Below, one piece after another: positions 43,909 to 54,263 of a stretch of DNA of 64,000 bases. The stretch is from assembly GCA_965219415.1 (NCBI GenBank), contig CBDCNP010000002.1, positions 3,872,001 to 3,936,000 on the forward strand, given 5' to 3'. Every line of letters starts with the position of its first letter. Within the stretch, counting starts at the first letter, position 1. Source of the stretch: Candidatus Marinacidobacterales bacterium (GTDB lineage Bacteria; Acidobacteriota; Vicinamibacteria; Marinacidobacterales; DATDRI01). A program made the position numbers and the translations under genes. The notes under the pieces are model-generated. The model was not told where the DNA came from. It ran no database searches and saw only the letters and a list, made by a program, of their open reading frames with translations.

Positions 43909-44934
43909 ATGGTGGAATTGATCGATGACGGTCTAAACTTCTCGTTTCCGGAGGTTCATCCACAGGCACGACTCCGCATCGAGTTTCAGCGTACCCTGCG
44001 TATCCCTGACGACGGAGAGGTGCACTTCCTGCCGCCCGGATTGGGAACCTTTCCGCTCAAGCATGTCGATGACTTCGGGACACGTGTCCCGTCTCCGTGG
44101 GTAACCCACGGGGGTGTGCTGTTGCCGATGTATCAGTCTGAGGCCTTATGGATATACCTCGACGGGACCTCGGTCGATGGGCACGGCACCGAGTACCCGT
44201 TCGCGGTGAAAGTCGCTGCGGGAAAGATCGATGCGGTCACGGGAAAGACGTGGACGAACGAGCTGGGCACGAACCCGCAAAACTACATGGTCGTCCCGGA
44301 ACAGCCTTGGCTCGACGGCTTCTGTGTCGACAAGGGCGTCATTCGGCAATTCGTGGCAATGCCACTGGGTGGTGGATACACAGCCGAGGAACAAGTGACC
44401 GGGAAGGCTGAGTATGGTGGGCTCCAAATCCTCGTACATCCCATGCGACGAGACGTGTTCGAGCGCCGATTTCCAGAGCGCCCAGAGGTAGTGTATGCGC
44501 GCGAACCAGAGGACCACGCTTGCTTCAGCCCCGCGAGCGCTGACATGGGGCTGGCCCCGGGTGGGCGGATGAAGCAAGAGATCTTCGAGGATCCCTTCGG
44601 CATCGACGAATGGGATAGAACCGCGGGCAGTCGCTGCTACGTGCACATGGCCAACTCACTGGTGTGGGAAGCGATCACCGGAGAGAAGCCTCCCACACCC
44701 CCGCCGACCGCGAAGACCTATACGGACAATGGGCTGCCTTGGTTCGACTACTACGCGGAGGGAAGCAAAGCACTCGAAGGTGCCGAGGAGCTCAAGCGAC
44801 TCAAGAGCGTCCTTGAGATGGGGAACCAAAAAGGCGACACGCCCCTACCAGAGAACGAATCCGTTGCCCCGGACCGGGTGATACGGTATCGCGATGGCCG
44901 GGCCAAGAGACAAGTACGCGACGGAGTGTTTTGA
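43909..44934 (+). CDS. Conserved hypothetical protein
   Basis: 341 aa with RBS AAGGAG; motifs FQRTLRIPDDG..LPPGLG.FPL, LPMYQSEALW, QPWLDG, RQFVAMPLGGGYTAEEQVTG, GLPWFDYY. Confidence 0.85.
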   Translation: MVELIDDGLNFSFPEVHPQARLRIEFQRTLRIPDDGEVHFLPPGLGTFPLKHVDDFGTRVPSPWVTHGGVLLPMYQSEALWIYLDGTSVDGHGTEYPFAVKVAAGKIDAVTGKTWTNELGTNPQNYMVVPEQPWLDGFCVDKGVIRQFVAMPLGGGYTAEEQVTGKAEYGGLQILVHPMRRDVFERRFPERPEVVYAREPEDHACFSPASADMGLAPGGRMKQEIFEDPFGIDEWDRTAGSRCYVHMANSLVWEAITGEKPPTPPPTAKTYTDNGLPWFDYYAEGSKALEGAEELKRLKSVLEMGNQKGDTPLPENESVAPDRVIRYRDGRAKRQVRDGVF

Positions 44935-45041
44935 TGGCCACTCCCCCGATATCCAACCACTGGATCTATAGGAGATTCAATATCTCATAGCTGAGGCGCT
45001 CGAATCAGCCGGGTCGCAGTCACCCGCGTTTCTCATTCCGG

Positions 45042-45207
45042 GGTGCTTGCGCTGTTTGCTGTTGGTAATGTGTACGCATCCCTTTGCAAAAAAAGCGCTT
45101 ACGCTCCTTTTGGCGCGCGGCGAAGGTCGCGAGCGATATTTTGGCTGTAATTCAATGCAGCGTAAAGTCTTAGCGTCATCTCACCAACACTTAATGGCGG
45201 AAGCACC
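45042..45207. mobile_element. MITE-like element copy 2 (166 bp)
   Basis: Same TIRs and internal sequence as 41577-41774; abuts an rve-family end (45208-45246). Confidence 0.75.
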
Positions 45208-45266
45208 GGTCTACTTCAAAAGGGCCGAGTTTTGGCACAGGACGGGACCGAGACAATTACCCCGAA

Positions 45267-45821
45267 ATGCTCGTTGAGATTACCCGCGTCGCCGGGTTCA
45301 CCCAGACCCACCACGACGAAGTGTCGACTCACTACCAGGTCGAGCTGGAAGCCAAGCTGACCGTCAAGGAAAGCGTCAAACACCTGACGATTCCGGCGAC
45401 ACTGACCTTCATCCCCTCGACCTTTCGGACCACGGCGCGCCTCGACGGCGATCTCTTGTTTCTGGAGGGTTCCTTCACAGTCAACCTGAAGGAGTTGGGT
45501 TGGGAGGTCCCGTCACCTGATTGGGCCGATCGCATTGCCGATGACCTCGAGGTCAACATCTACCTTTCGATGAGCACGGCTTCGCCGGATCGATCGATTG
45601 ATCCGCGGCTCGATCCAACGAACTACGCCAAGCGGCTCAGGTTCGTGACCCTGCTTCGCGATCTAGAGGACCCCGACGCGGCGTATGAGTTCGGTTATGC
45701 CTTCATGAAGGAGATCTGGGATCAAGACGTGGAGCTTAGCCTGTTGGCCGACGCGACTCTGTCCTCGCCCGGCATCGCCCGGAGAGATCTCCGCTTTGCC
45801 CTCGAGGCCGCGCGCGAATAG
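45267..45821 (+). pseudogene. YceI-like domain fragment, probably truncated
   Basis: KLTVKESVKHLTIPA..GSFTVNLKELG..IADDLEV pattern; starts right after a mobile-element end. Confidence 0.5.
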
Positions 45822-45944
45822 CCCGGTCGTTTGGAACTTTCAATCGAGCTCGGCGTTATACCCATTGTAGATAACGATCGGGGCCGGTTCCGGGCTCCCG
45901 GAGACAGCCGCGGGGAGCGTTTTGCTGCGAAGAGGAGAAATACG

Positions 45945-47693
45945 ATGTTTTCCAAGTGGCTCACATTGGTTGTAACGCTGTTCCTATTTGTTCCTCGAGT
46001 CGCGGACGCCCAGGATGCATCCGTCAGCGAAGCCGGAGTGGTCAAAGGCGAGCTGGGAAAAAAGATCGATGACTACATGACGCGCATTACCCCTTTTGGT
46101 TTTTCCGGGGCCCTGCTGGTGGCCAAAGACGGCGAGATCATCCTGAACAAGGGTTACGGGATGGCGATCCGGGCGCGGGATGTTTCGAATACCGAAGAGA
46201 CGGTACTCAACACCGGCTCGCTCACCAAGCAATTCACCGCCGCCGGCATCATGAAGCTGGAAATGTTGGGCAAGCTCGACACCGGTGATCCCATAAGCAA
46301 ATATCTGGAAGGGGTGCCAGCAGACAAGGAAAAGCTCACGCTACACCACCTCCTCACCCATACTTCCGGAGTTATCGGTGGGACCGGCGACGACTACGTC
46401 ATTGCCCAGCGTGATGAGACGGTGAAGAAAATTCTAGAGGCCCCCCTCGAGTTCCAACCGGGCGAACGCTTTCAATACTCCAACGCAGGTTACTCGATGC
46501 TGGCGGCGATCATCGAAAAGGTCTCTGGACAATCCTACGAAGCCTTCTTGAACGAGCATTTGTTCACCCCGGCGGGGATGTCGTTTACCGGATACCGGTT
46601 ACCGAAGTGGGGCGAGCGGGTGGTGGCGCATTGGTACGTTGGAGATCAAGACAACGGCACACCTCTCGAAAAGCCTTATCCTTCCTGGAACGTGATCGGA
46701 AACGGCGAGATACTCTCCACGACCGAGGACATGTACAGATGGCACTTGGCCCTTCTGGGCGACAAGGTTCTTTCCGAGGAGGCCAAGAAAAAACTCTACA
46801 CGCCCTTTCTGAACGACTACGCGTATGGTTGGGACGCTCTTCAAACTCCGCGCGGCCTCTTGATCCAACACGATGGTGGAAGCGGGCTGGGGAGCAGCGC
46901 CGAGATGCGACGCTATATCGACGCCGGCATCGTCACGGTAGTGATGTGTAACCAATCGTACCGAGGCGGCGGCGTGCTTTTCTCTCCGATCCGAGACAAG
47001 ATCGAGACCCTCGCCTTCGATGGCAACGTCCCTCTTCCACCGACGGTTTTACCTAACGAGCCCAGGTCTCTCGCGCAGTTCGAGGGAACGTACCGGCTCG
47101 AATCGGGTGGAGAGCTGGTCGCGAGTCTGGATCGAGGGGTGCTCACCGTGACTCCTCGTGGCCAAGAAGCGATTAACGCGCTCGTTTCCGGCGGCGCCGA
47201 TCCGGCCGCCTACCGCGCCGCGAACCGACGATCGGCCGCGGTTTTCGAGGCGGCCCTCATCGACGACTACAAGCCGTTCGAAGAGGCGCTCGAGAGAAAG
47301 GAAGGGCTCGATCGCGTGCGACGATTAATCAAGATGAGAATGGACCGCTACTGCGGCGAGACGGGCACCATTTCGCATGTCGAAATCAAGGGGACATCAC
47401 CCTTCGAAGAAAACATGCTGGCGACGACAGTGGAGCTCAAGGGCGAAGGGGGTGGCATCGTATTTCGCCTGATCTGGGAAGATGGCCACATCGTGGGTAT
47501 GGAGCCGACGCGGTCCCGAGCGGTGGGCGTGACGCCTCTGCAGCCGATATCAGGCACCGACTTCGCCGGTTATGACCTCGCCCTCGCGAAGCCGGTTCGC
47601 GTTGCCTTCACCACGGATCGCCACGGATCGCCGACAGCCATGTTGGTGTCCACCTCCGACAACCGAGTGGAGGCGAAGAGGGTGTTTCACTAA
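45945..47693 (+). CDS. Serine hydrolase, beta-lactamase/PBP-like family, secreted
   Basis: Signal peptide; SxxK GSLTKQF, LLTHTSG, YSN, HDG. Confidence 0.9.
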   Translation: MFSKWLTLVVTLFLFVPRVADAQDASVSEAGVVKGELGKKIDDYMTRITPFGFSGALLVAKDGEIILNKGYGMAIRARDVSNTEETVLNTGSLTKQFTAAGIMKLEMLGKLDTGDPISKYLEGVPADKEKLTLHHLLTHTSGVIGGTGDDYVIAQRDETVKKILEAPLEFQPGERFQYSNAGYSMLAAIIEKVSGQSYEAFLNEHLFTPAGMSFTGYRLPKWGERVVAHWYVGDQDNGTPLEKPYPSWNVIGNGEILSTTEDMYRWHLALLGDKVLSEEAKKKLYTPFLNDYAYGWDALQTPRGLLIQHDGGSGLGSSAEMRRYIDAGIVTVVMCNQSYRGGGVLFSPIRDKIETLAFDGNVPLPPTVLPNEPRSLAQFEGTYRLESGGELVASLDRGVLTVTPRGQEAINALVSGGADPAAYRAANRRSAAVFEAALIDDYKPFEEALERKEGLDRVRRLIKMRMDRYCGETGTISHVEIKGTSPFEENMLATTVELKGEGGGIVFRLIWEDGHIVGMEPTRSRAVGVTPLQPISGTDFAGYDLALAKPVRVAFTTDRHGSPTAMLVSTSDNRVEAKRVFH

Positions 47694-47818
47694 CCGTCCA
47701 CGCTACTCCCCGCAGTCTGTGCCGAGTGACGCCGCGACATGGTGGTCACGATCTCCAAAAAACCTCACCGGAAACCGGCCCGCTCGTTGTAGTAGTCTCT
47801 TGGTTCGAAGGAGGCGTC

Positions 47819-49357
47819 ATGAAGCTACAGAGAGTCGTGGCTCTGGGGATGGTCTCATCGCTCATCGCGGCTTCCAGCCCGGGGACCGAGGACGAAGCCA
47901 ACTGGGACGCCGTTGCCCGAATCCGTGAAGAGGGGTTTCGACACTCTCGGGTAATGGATACCGCGGGATACCTCACCGATGTCTTGGGTCCTCGATTGGC
48001 CGGCTCGACGAACCTCACGAAGGCGCAGGAATGGACGGCCACGAAACTCGAGGAGTTGGGTCTGAGTAACGTTGCCCTCGAGACATTCGGCGAGCCGGTA
48101 CCGAGCTGGCAGGTCGAGTACAACTCGATCCACATGCTCGCACCGGACTACCAAATGATCATCGGTTATCCCAGGGCCTTCACTCCGGGCACGAAGGGAA
48201 AGATCGTCCGGCGGGCTCTCATCGCCGAGGTCAGGACGAAAAGCGACTTGGACCGATACCGCGGCAAACTGGCTGACGCGATCGTGCTCATCGAACCAGA
48301 AAAACCGACCCCGCCGAGATTCACACCGGAAGCGTGGCGGCATGATGCCGTGTCCCTGGCAAACATCTGGGGGTTCGGCCAGCAGCCGGAACGACCGAAG
48401 GAGCACGAGGAAGATCCCGAAACACTCAGCTTCGAAGAGCGCGTGGCGTTCTTTCGGGCGCAAGACGCCGCGGTGCTGCTCGAACCGGGCGGCAGCGACA
48501 ACGGGACCGTACTCGTCGACGGGCGCCCGCGACGCGAGGATCGGAGCCCAGTGCCGCTTTCGGAATTACTTCCGATATTGACGGTAGCTGCAGAGCACTA
48601 CAATCGAATCCATCGCCTACTGGAGCGCGGTATTCCGGTCGAGTTGGAGGTCGAGGTCCGCACGAGCTCGAGTGACGGCGAAGTAATGAGACGAAACGTT
48701 ATCGGAGAGATCCCGGGCTCGGATTTGAAAGATCAAGTGGTCATGATTGGCGGCCATTTGGATTCTTGGCACGCCGGGACCGGGGCCACCGATGACGCGG
48801 CGGGATGTGCGGCGGCCATGGAAGCGATGCGGATCCTGAGAGCGGTCGGCCTAAAACCCCGTCGCACCATTCGGATCGCGCTCTGGGATCACGAGGAAGG
48901 CGGCCTCCACGGGTCGCGGGCTTACGTGCAAGAGCACTTCGGAGATCCTCGCACAGAGACGAAGCCGGCCTACGACAAGTTTTCCGGCTACTTCAACATG
49001 GACGTAGGCAGCGGGCAGTTTCGAGGCGTTTTCTTGCAGGAGATCGACGCGGTTGGTCCCATCTTCGAAGAATGGATGAAGCCTTTTCATGACTTGGGCA
49101 TGGAGAAACTCACCCGGCAGAATACGGGCGGGTCCGACCATCTCGCGTTTACCGAGGCGGGTTTGCCGGGATGGCAGTTCATTCAGGACGAGCTGAACTA
49201 CGAGAACCGGATCGTTCATTCCAATATGGATGTGTACGACAAGCTGGTAGAACGAGACTTGATGACCAATGCGGTGATTCTTGCGAGTTTCGCTTTTCAT
49301 GCTGCGATGCGGGAAGAAAGGCTTCCGCGCAAGCCTTTGGAGGAGGAAGGGCACTGA
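47819..49357 (+). CDS. M28-family metallopeptidase
   Basis: LTDVLGPRLAGS, GGHLDSWHAGTGATDD, HEEGGLHGS, GSDH. Confidence 0.92.
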   Translation: MKLQRVVALGMVSSLIAASSPGTEDEANWDAVARIREEGFRHSRVMDTAGYLTDVLGPRLAGSTNLTKAQEWTATKLEELGLSNVALETFGEPVPSWQVEYNSIHMLAPDYQMIIGYPRAFTPGTKGKIVRRALIAEVRTKSDLDRYRGKLADAIVLIEPEKPTPPRFTPEAWRHDAVSLANIWGFGQQPERPKEHEEDPETLSFEERVAFFRAQDAAVLLEPGGSDNGTVLVDGRPRREDRSPVPLSELLPILTVAAEHYNRIHRLLERGIPVELEVEVRTSSSDGEVMRRNVIGEIPGSDLKDQVVMIGGHLDSWHAGTGATDDAAGCAAAMEAMRILRAVGLKPRRTIRIALWDHEEGGLHGSRAYVQEHFGDPRTETKPAYDKFSGYFNMDVGSGQFRGVFLQEIDAVGPIFEEWMKPFHDLGMEKLTRQNTGGSDHLAFTEAGLPGWQFIQDELNYENRIVHSNMDVYDKLVERDLMTNAVILASFAFHAAMREERLPRKPLEEEGH

Positions 49358-49365
49358 AACCCGGC

Positions 49366-50454
49366 ATGCTCATTTTTCGAGAGAGACAGCTTAGGCGGCT
49401 CTTCGAAGCCATCGCTCGCAAATTCAACATGTCGGAAGAGGAGAGCGACGCCTGGATCGAGCACTGTATTTTGGTAGAGCTGCGCGGGAACTTGATGCAG
49501 GGGCTCGCCTATCTGGATCACCACTACATTCAGAGATTCAGCGACGGGCGGGTCACCTTCGGCGCCGCGTTCACCAGAGTCAAGGAAACCCCGGCGATCG
49601 TGGTACTCGACGCCGGCGGTGCGGTCGGCGCCCTGGCCGGTAAGCGGGCGATGGCGCTCGCCGTTGAGAAGGCAAAGAAGTCGGGAGCCTGCGTCGTGTC
49701 CGTTCGTCACAGCAACGACTGGGGAATGATCGGCTATGCAGCGGTGCAAGCGCTGGAGCACGATTGTATCGGCATCGCCATGGTCAATTCACGTCCCGAA
49801 GTCGCTCCTTGGGGAGGCACCGAGGCGATCTACGGGCTCAATCCCTTTTCGGTGGCGATACCCACCGAAAAACATTTTCCCATCCTGCTGGACATGTCGA
49901 GCTCCGACACGCGGGGACTCGAGGCGCAGAAGCAATTGATTCTTGGAGACGGGATCCCCGAAGGGCTGTACTACGACGAAAAGGGTGAGATCGTGACCGA
50001 CCCGACCCGATGGGGTAGTTATCTGAAGTCATGGGGCATCAGGGGTGGGGCGCAGGGAATGGCGAGCTATCGAGATCTCGGTCTTAGCGTGATGATGGAC
50101 GTTCTGGGAGGTGCTCTTTCCGGTATGTCTTGTGCCCTGGACCTCGGGACGCCCGAGCCGGCGGTCGACGGCGTCCGCACGCCGCACGGTCAATTCGTTC
50201 TGGCACTCGACGTGGCTCACTTTGTCCCCGTCGACGAGTTCAAACAGAAGGTGGACCGCATGATCGACTAGGCCAAGTCATCGCGGCTGGCCCCGGGCTT
50301 CACCGAGATCCTGATGCCGGGAGAGCGAGGCTTCCGCGAAGAGCAAAAGCGTCGTAAGGAGGGGATACCCGTTCACGAAGCGGTCTGGGAGCGGGTCAAG
50401 AAAGTCGTCGAGCCCTTGGGTATCGACGCCGACCGGATCATCGAAGCTCGCTGA
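49366..50454 (+). pseudogene. Ldh_2-family (malate/L-lactate/ureidoglycolate-type) oxidoreductase with in-frame TAG at 50269-50271
   Basis: APWGG..GLNPF..PILLDMSSS; frame continues after the TAG with EILMPGERGFREEQKRRKEGIPV to TGA 50452. Confidence 0.8.
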
Positions 50455-50656
50455 AGCGAGAACCAGTTCTTCCCTTGCTTCTCGAGTGCCTTGACGAACT
50501 GCGCCGACTCGTACGGTCAACCTCCGAGTACTTGCATACAGCACCAGATTCCAAATGTTCATCAATCAAACAACCTTGTTGACAGGGGGTGGCTTTTGAC
50601 GTACTGCTTTATTGAAAGGCCTGGCGCCGGAATGCGTTCGGCAGGGAGAAGGGCTT

Positions 50657-53401
50657 ATGCGTCAAAAACTTGTTGTAGGCATGTATCTCGCTTTGGCCTC
50701 TGGTCTCGTAACCTCACCTCTCTATGGCCAGGCGGCTGCGACCGGAAACATCCAGGGCACCGTGCAGGATGCCTCAGGTGCCGTCCTGCCCGGAGTGACG
50801 GCCGAGCTACAAGGCGGACGGGTGATGGGGATGAGGACCTTCACTACCGGAGATAGAGGCCAGTATCGCTTTAGGTCGGTGCCTCCGGGCAATTACGAGT
50901 TGCTCTTCTCGCTCGCCGGCTTCGCGGCAGCCAAGCGTAGCGGCGTGCGGGTCCTAGTAGGTGGGACTGTCGTGGAGAACGTCACTCTCACCCTAGAAGG
51001 GGTGGCCGAGTCGGTCACTGTCCTTTCGACCTCGCCGGTGGTCGACACCAAGTCGACCAAGGTTCAGACCAACTTCGACAGGGATTGGATTGACAACTCG
51101 CCCAACCAGCGCCGCAGCTTCATAGACATCGTGACCAGCGCAGCGGGCGTCGAGCCGGGGGAGAGGCAGACCAGCCCGCAGCCCGCTTCGTACGGCGGCA
51201 ACGTTGACCAGAACCTCTACCAGCTCGACGGCATCGATTTGACCGACCACTTCAACGGAAACGCCACGACGCTCGTACGACCCAGCATCGACACGCTCGA
51301 AGAGGTCGAGGTGCTTGCCCTGGGGGCGCCGGCCGAGTACGGCTCGCACGAGGGTGCCGTCTTCAATGTAGTGACGCGTCAGGGGACCAACGAGTTTCAC
51401 GGCGGCGCCGCATTCTACTGGCAGCACGATAACCTCACTGCCCGCAACACGACAGAAGAAATTGACGCCGGCGATCCCTTCAGTCGAGTGGATTACGACA
51501 ACTTCACCGCCCAACTGGGTGGACCAATTATGAAGGACAAGCTCTGGTTCTTTGGCGCATTCGAGCACCTCCGTGACTCCTTCGCGCAACCGACGGTGCC
51601 TGTCGAAGCCGCCGGTTTCGAGGAACTAAATCACTACTTCGTCAAGCTGAACTTTCAGTTCAATCCCAACCATCAGCTCAACGGCCTCCTCAACTACGAC
51701 GACCGGCAGCAAGACTTTGGGCTCTTCCCGGGGGAGGCGCCGGAGACCGCGGAGGGAACGGGGCGGGACACGTATGTGACGAACCTTGCTTACACGGGAA
51801 TCGTGGGTCCGAATACCGTCCTCGAGGGCCAGTACGCGGGCTTCTTCGTCGACCACAACTGTTGCGCGGCCGGCGGCGGTGGGAAGGTGGTCGCCACGCG
51901 TTTCGAAAACCTAGACATAGGCGCAGCCAGCGGGGCGATCTTCGGCTGGTACGAGTACCACGCTGACAAGCAATCCCTCAACGCCAAGGTTTCCCATTAC
52001 GCGAGCGATTTCCTCGACGCGAGTCACGACTTCAAGTTCGGCGTGCAGTTCTCAAACGCTCCCGTGGACGGGACCTATGGGGTTAACGATCGCATCTACA
52101 CTTACGACTACGTGACCGGGTACGGTTATGACTATACACCCTACGCCTATGGGGGCGCGGTGAACGCGTTCGGCGTGTTCCTCGACGACTCGGTGCAAGT
52201 CGGTGACCGCCTGCAACTCAATTTCGGCGTACGCTATGACAATACTAAGGCGAGCTTCACGGACCAGCCCGTCGTGGACGGCCAAGGCAATGTGACGAGC
52301 GAAATCGTCCAGGGTTTTGACGTGTACACCTGGAACACACTCTCCCCGCGCCTCGGGTTCAACCTGGAACTAACCGGCGACGGGAAGACGGTGCTCAAGG
52401 GTCACTACGGTCGCTACTACCGCGCCGGAAATACCGGAGAGTGGGTGGCCGCCACCTCCCCCACGCGTATCGTGTCCTTCGTCGGCGACTTTAACTTCCA
52501 GACCTCCATGTTCGAAAACCTCGCGGTGGATTTCAGTCCATCGAACGCATCGGTCGACCCGAACTTCGACCCGGCGAGGACCGATCAGTTCATCATCAGC
52601 GTCGAACGGGAGCTTATCGAGGATCTCAACTTGGCGGCTACATTCATCGCGAAGCGGGGGCGCAACTTGACCAACTGGGCTGACGTCGGCGGCATCTACG
52701 CTCCCGTCCCGTACGTCGACGACGCGGGGGCCGAGGCGTCGGGCCGCACCATCACCGTGTTCCAGCTCCAGAACGAACGTGCCGACCGCGGGTTCCTGCT
52801 GGGAACCGGGGAGGATACGAGAGCGGACAACAACGCCTTCAGCTTGACCGCGACCAAGAGGATGGCCTCGAACTGGCAGTTGACCGCTTCTCTGACCCTA
52901 CAGGACCATACCAGCCGCAACATCTTCGGCTCAACGGCCCAGCTCAACTTCCGCGAGTTCGGCCGCGACCCGAACGACTTCATCAACTCGGAGGGTCTGG
53001 CGGTCCGTAACCGGGATGTGTTGGCGAAGACGCAATTCCTCTACATAGGTCTCCCTTGGGACTTCACCCTGGGTATCGACTGGAACTACTTCACCGGCTA
53101 CCCGACCCGCCGGCAGGTCCGAGTCGCGGCGACAGGCCTTAACAGTCGTGTCCAGACTGAACCGCGAACCGACGACAGGCGCTTCCCGAGTGTGAACCTC
53201 TTCAACCTTCGGATACAAAAGGACATTCGACTGGGGGAGGGGGGCTCCCGGGTGAGCCTGCTCGCCAACTTCTTCAACCTGTTCAATGACGATGCGGTGA
53301 CGCGTTTTCGGAGCGATCTCGCGACCTCTGATATCTTCCACACGCCGCGCGAGGTCCTGCAACCGCGGCGCCTCATGTTGGGAGCAAAGATCGACTTCTA
53401 G
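50657..53401 (+). CDS. TonB-dependent receptor (Oar-like, carboxypeptidase-regulatory-like N-domain)
   Basis: GTVQDASGAVLPGVT, NVVTRQGTNEFHG, SPRLGF, C-terminal GAKIDF; upstream TTGACA at 50579. Confidence 0.92.
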   Translation: MRQKLVVGMYLALASGLVTSPLYGQAAATGNIQGTVQDASGAVLPGVTAELQGGRVMGMRTFTTGDRGQYRFRSVPPGNYELLFSLAGFAAAKRSGVRVLVGGTVVENVTLTLEGVAESVTVLSTSPVVDTKSTKVQTNFDRDWIDNSPNQRRSFIDIVTSAAGVEPGERQTSPQPASYGGNVDQNLYQLDGIDLTDHFNGNATTLVRPSIDTLEEVEVLALGAPAEYGSHEGAVFNVVTRQGTNEFHGGAAFYWQHDNLTARNTTEEIDAGDPFSRVDYDNFTAQLGGPIMKDKLWFFGAFEHLRDSFAQPTVPVEAAGFEELNHYFVKLNFQFNPNHQLNGLLNYDDRQQDFGLFPGEAPETAEGTGRDTYVTNLAYTGIVGPNTVLEGQYAGFFVDHNCCAAGGGGKVVATRFENLDIGAASGAIFGWYEYHADKQSLNAKVSHYASDFLDASHDFKFGVQFSNAPVDGTYGVNDRIYTYDYVTGYGYDYTPYAYGGAVNAFGVFLDDSVQVGDRLQLNFGVRYDNTKASFTDQPVVDGQGNVTSEIVQGFDVYTWNTLSPRLGFNLELTGDGKTVLKGHYGRYYRAGNTGEWVAATSPTRIVSFVGDFNFQTSMFENLAVDFSPSNASVDPNFDPARTDQFIISVERELIEDLNLAATFIAKRGRNLTNWADVGGIYAPVPYVDDAGAEASGRTITVFQLQNERADRGFLLGTGEDTRADNNAFSLTATKRMASNWQLTASLTLQDHTSRNIFGSTAQLNFREFGRDPNDFINSEGLAVRNRDVLAKTQFLYIGLPWDFTLGIDWNYFTGYPTRRQVRVAATGLNSRVQTEPRTDDRRFPSVNLFNLRIQKDIRLGEGGSRVSLLANFFNLFNDDAVTRFRSDLATSDIFHTPREVLQPRRLMLGAKIDF

Positions 53402-53422
53402 AGGCGCTTCGTTCGTCTAAAG

Positions 53423-53445
53423 GCCTAGGAGGGTTTCCCTCCTAG
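53423..53445. terminator. Hairpin/terminator after the TonB receptor
   Basis: CCTAGGAGGG-TTT-CCCTCCTAGG perfect 10-bp stem. Confidence 0.65.
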
Positions 53446-53542
53446 GTTGTGACAGGTAATGACGGAGGCGGCTCATTCGAGATTGCCGAGACCAAAGCGA
53501 AATGGGAGAGGCTAGGTATCGGAACCAACGCCATCCTTTTGG

Positions 53543-53900
53543 GAGCTCTTGTCAATAGGTGTGTAAAAAAGTTCAGGCAGCAGCAACCTTCGACGACTCC
53601 GTTACCCTGTCTCCATCTTCAAATCGAACGCCCAGGTGAACCTCTCGCATCAGCTCCGGTGCGTTGAGCCGGCGAAAATTCTTCTCCGCAACCAGAAGCA
53701 GTTTGAAGATTGTCGCAGTGGCGGACTCGACTTTCTTGAACCTTTTGGCCGCATCCGTTCTCAATCTCAGTGCAGCGAACGGTGACTCCACGACGTTGCT
53801 CGTGCGAAGGTGTTGCCAGTGAGGCTTGGGAAAGGAATAGAAGCTGACCATCCGCTCCCAGTCCTCGTCGAGCACGTGCGCGGCCCCCGGAAGAACCCTT
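53543..53900 (-). mobile_element. IS256-family 3' remnant
   Basis: FYSFPKPHWQHLRTSNVVESPFAALRLRT...FRRLNAPE; end-like TACACACCTATTGACAAGAGCTC. Confidence 0.8.
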
Positions 53901-54014
53901 GCGCAAGCCGTCTGGTCAAAATACTCGAACGCCCAGCGGGTCAGCAGTTTGCGCCTTTCCGCGGGCTGCTTGAATCTGGCATCGCGGTCGGATACGTATT
54001 TCTTCCGGGTGCGC

Positions 54015-54219
54015 AGTTCGTTGCCTGCAGCTCGCCCCGCAGCCGATTTGAGCCAGCCGTGCGCACCCCCGGTGGGCCTGTCGCCCGCCACCCGCAGCCC
54101 AGGGGTCGGAAGCCAGTCCTGCGGCGCGAAATACCCTGGATTCTGCGCGGATTCCAAGGGCGTCTAAGCTGCTGATTTGCGGTCTATTTCAAAAGGGCCG
54201 AGTTTTGGCACAGGACGGG
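54015..54219 (-). repeat. ~205-bp copy of the rve-family left end
   Basis: Inverted, highly similar copy of 42963-43165. Confidence 0.85.
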
Positions 54220-54263
54220 CTCCAGTACTGAAAAACACTCGGCTCGCGTGCAGTGGACGCCCA

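Noticed and set aside
45945-47693. Beta-lactamase (resistance gene) call
   Set aside because: SxxK/YxN motifs are shared by many esterases and peptidases; nothing indicates true class C beta-lactamase activity.
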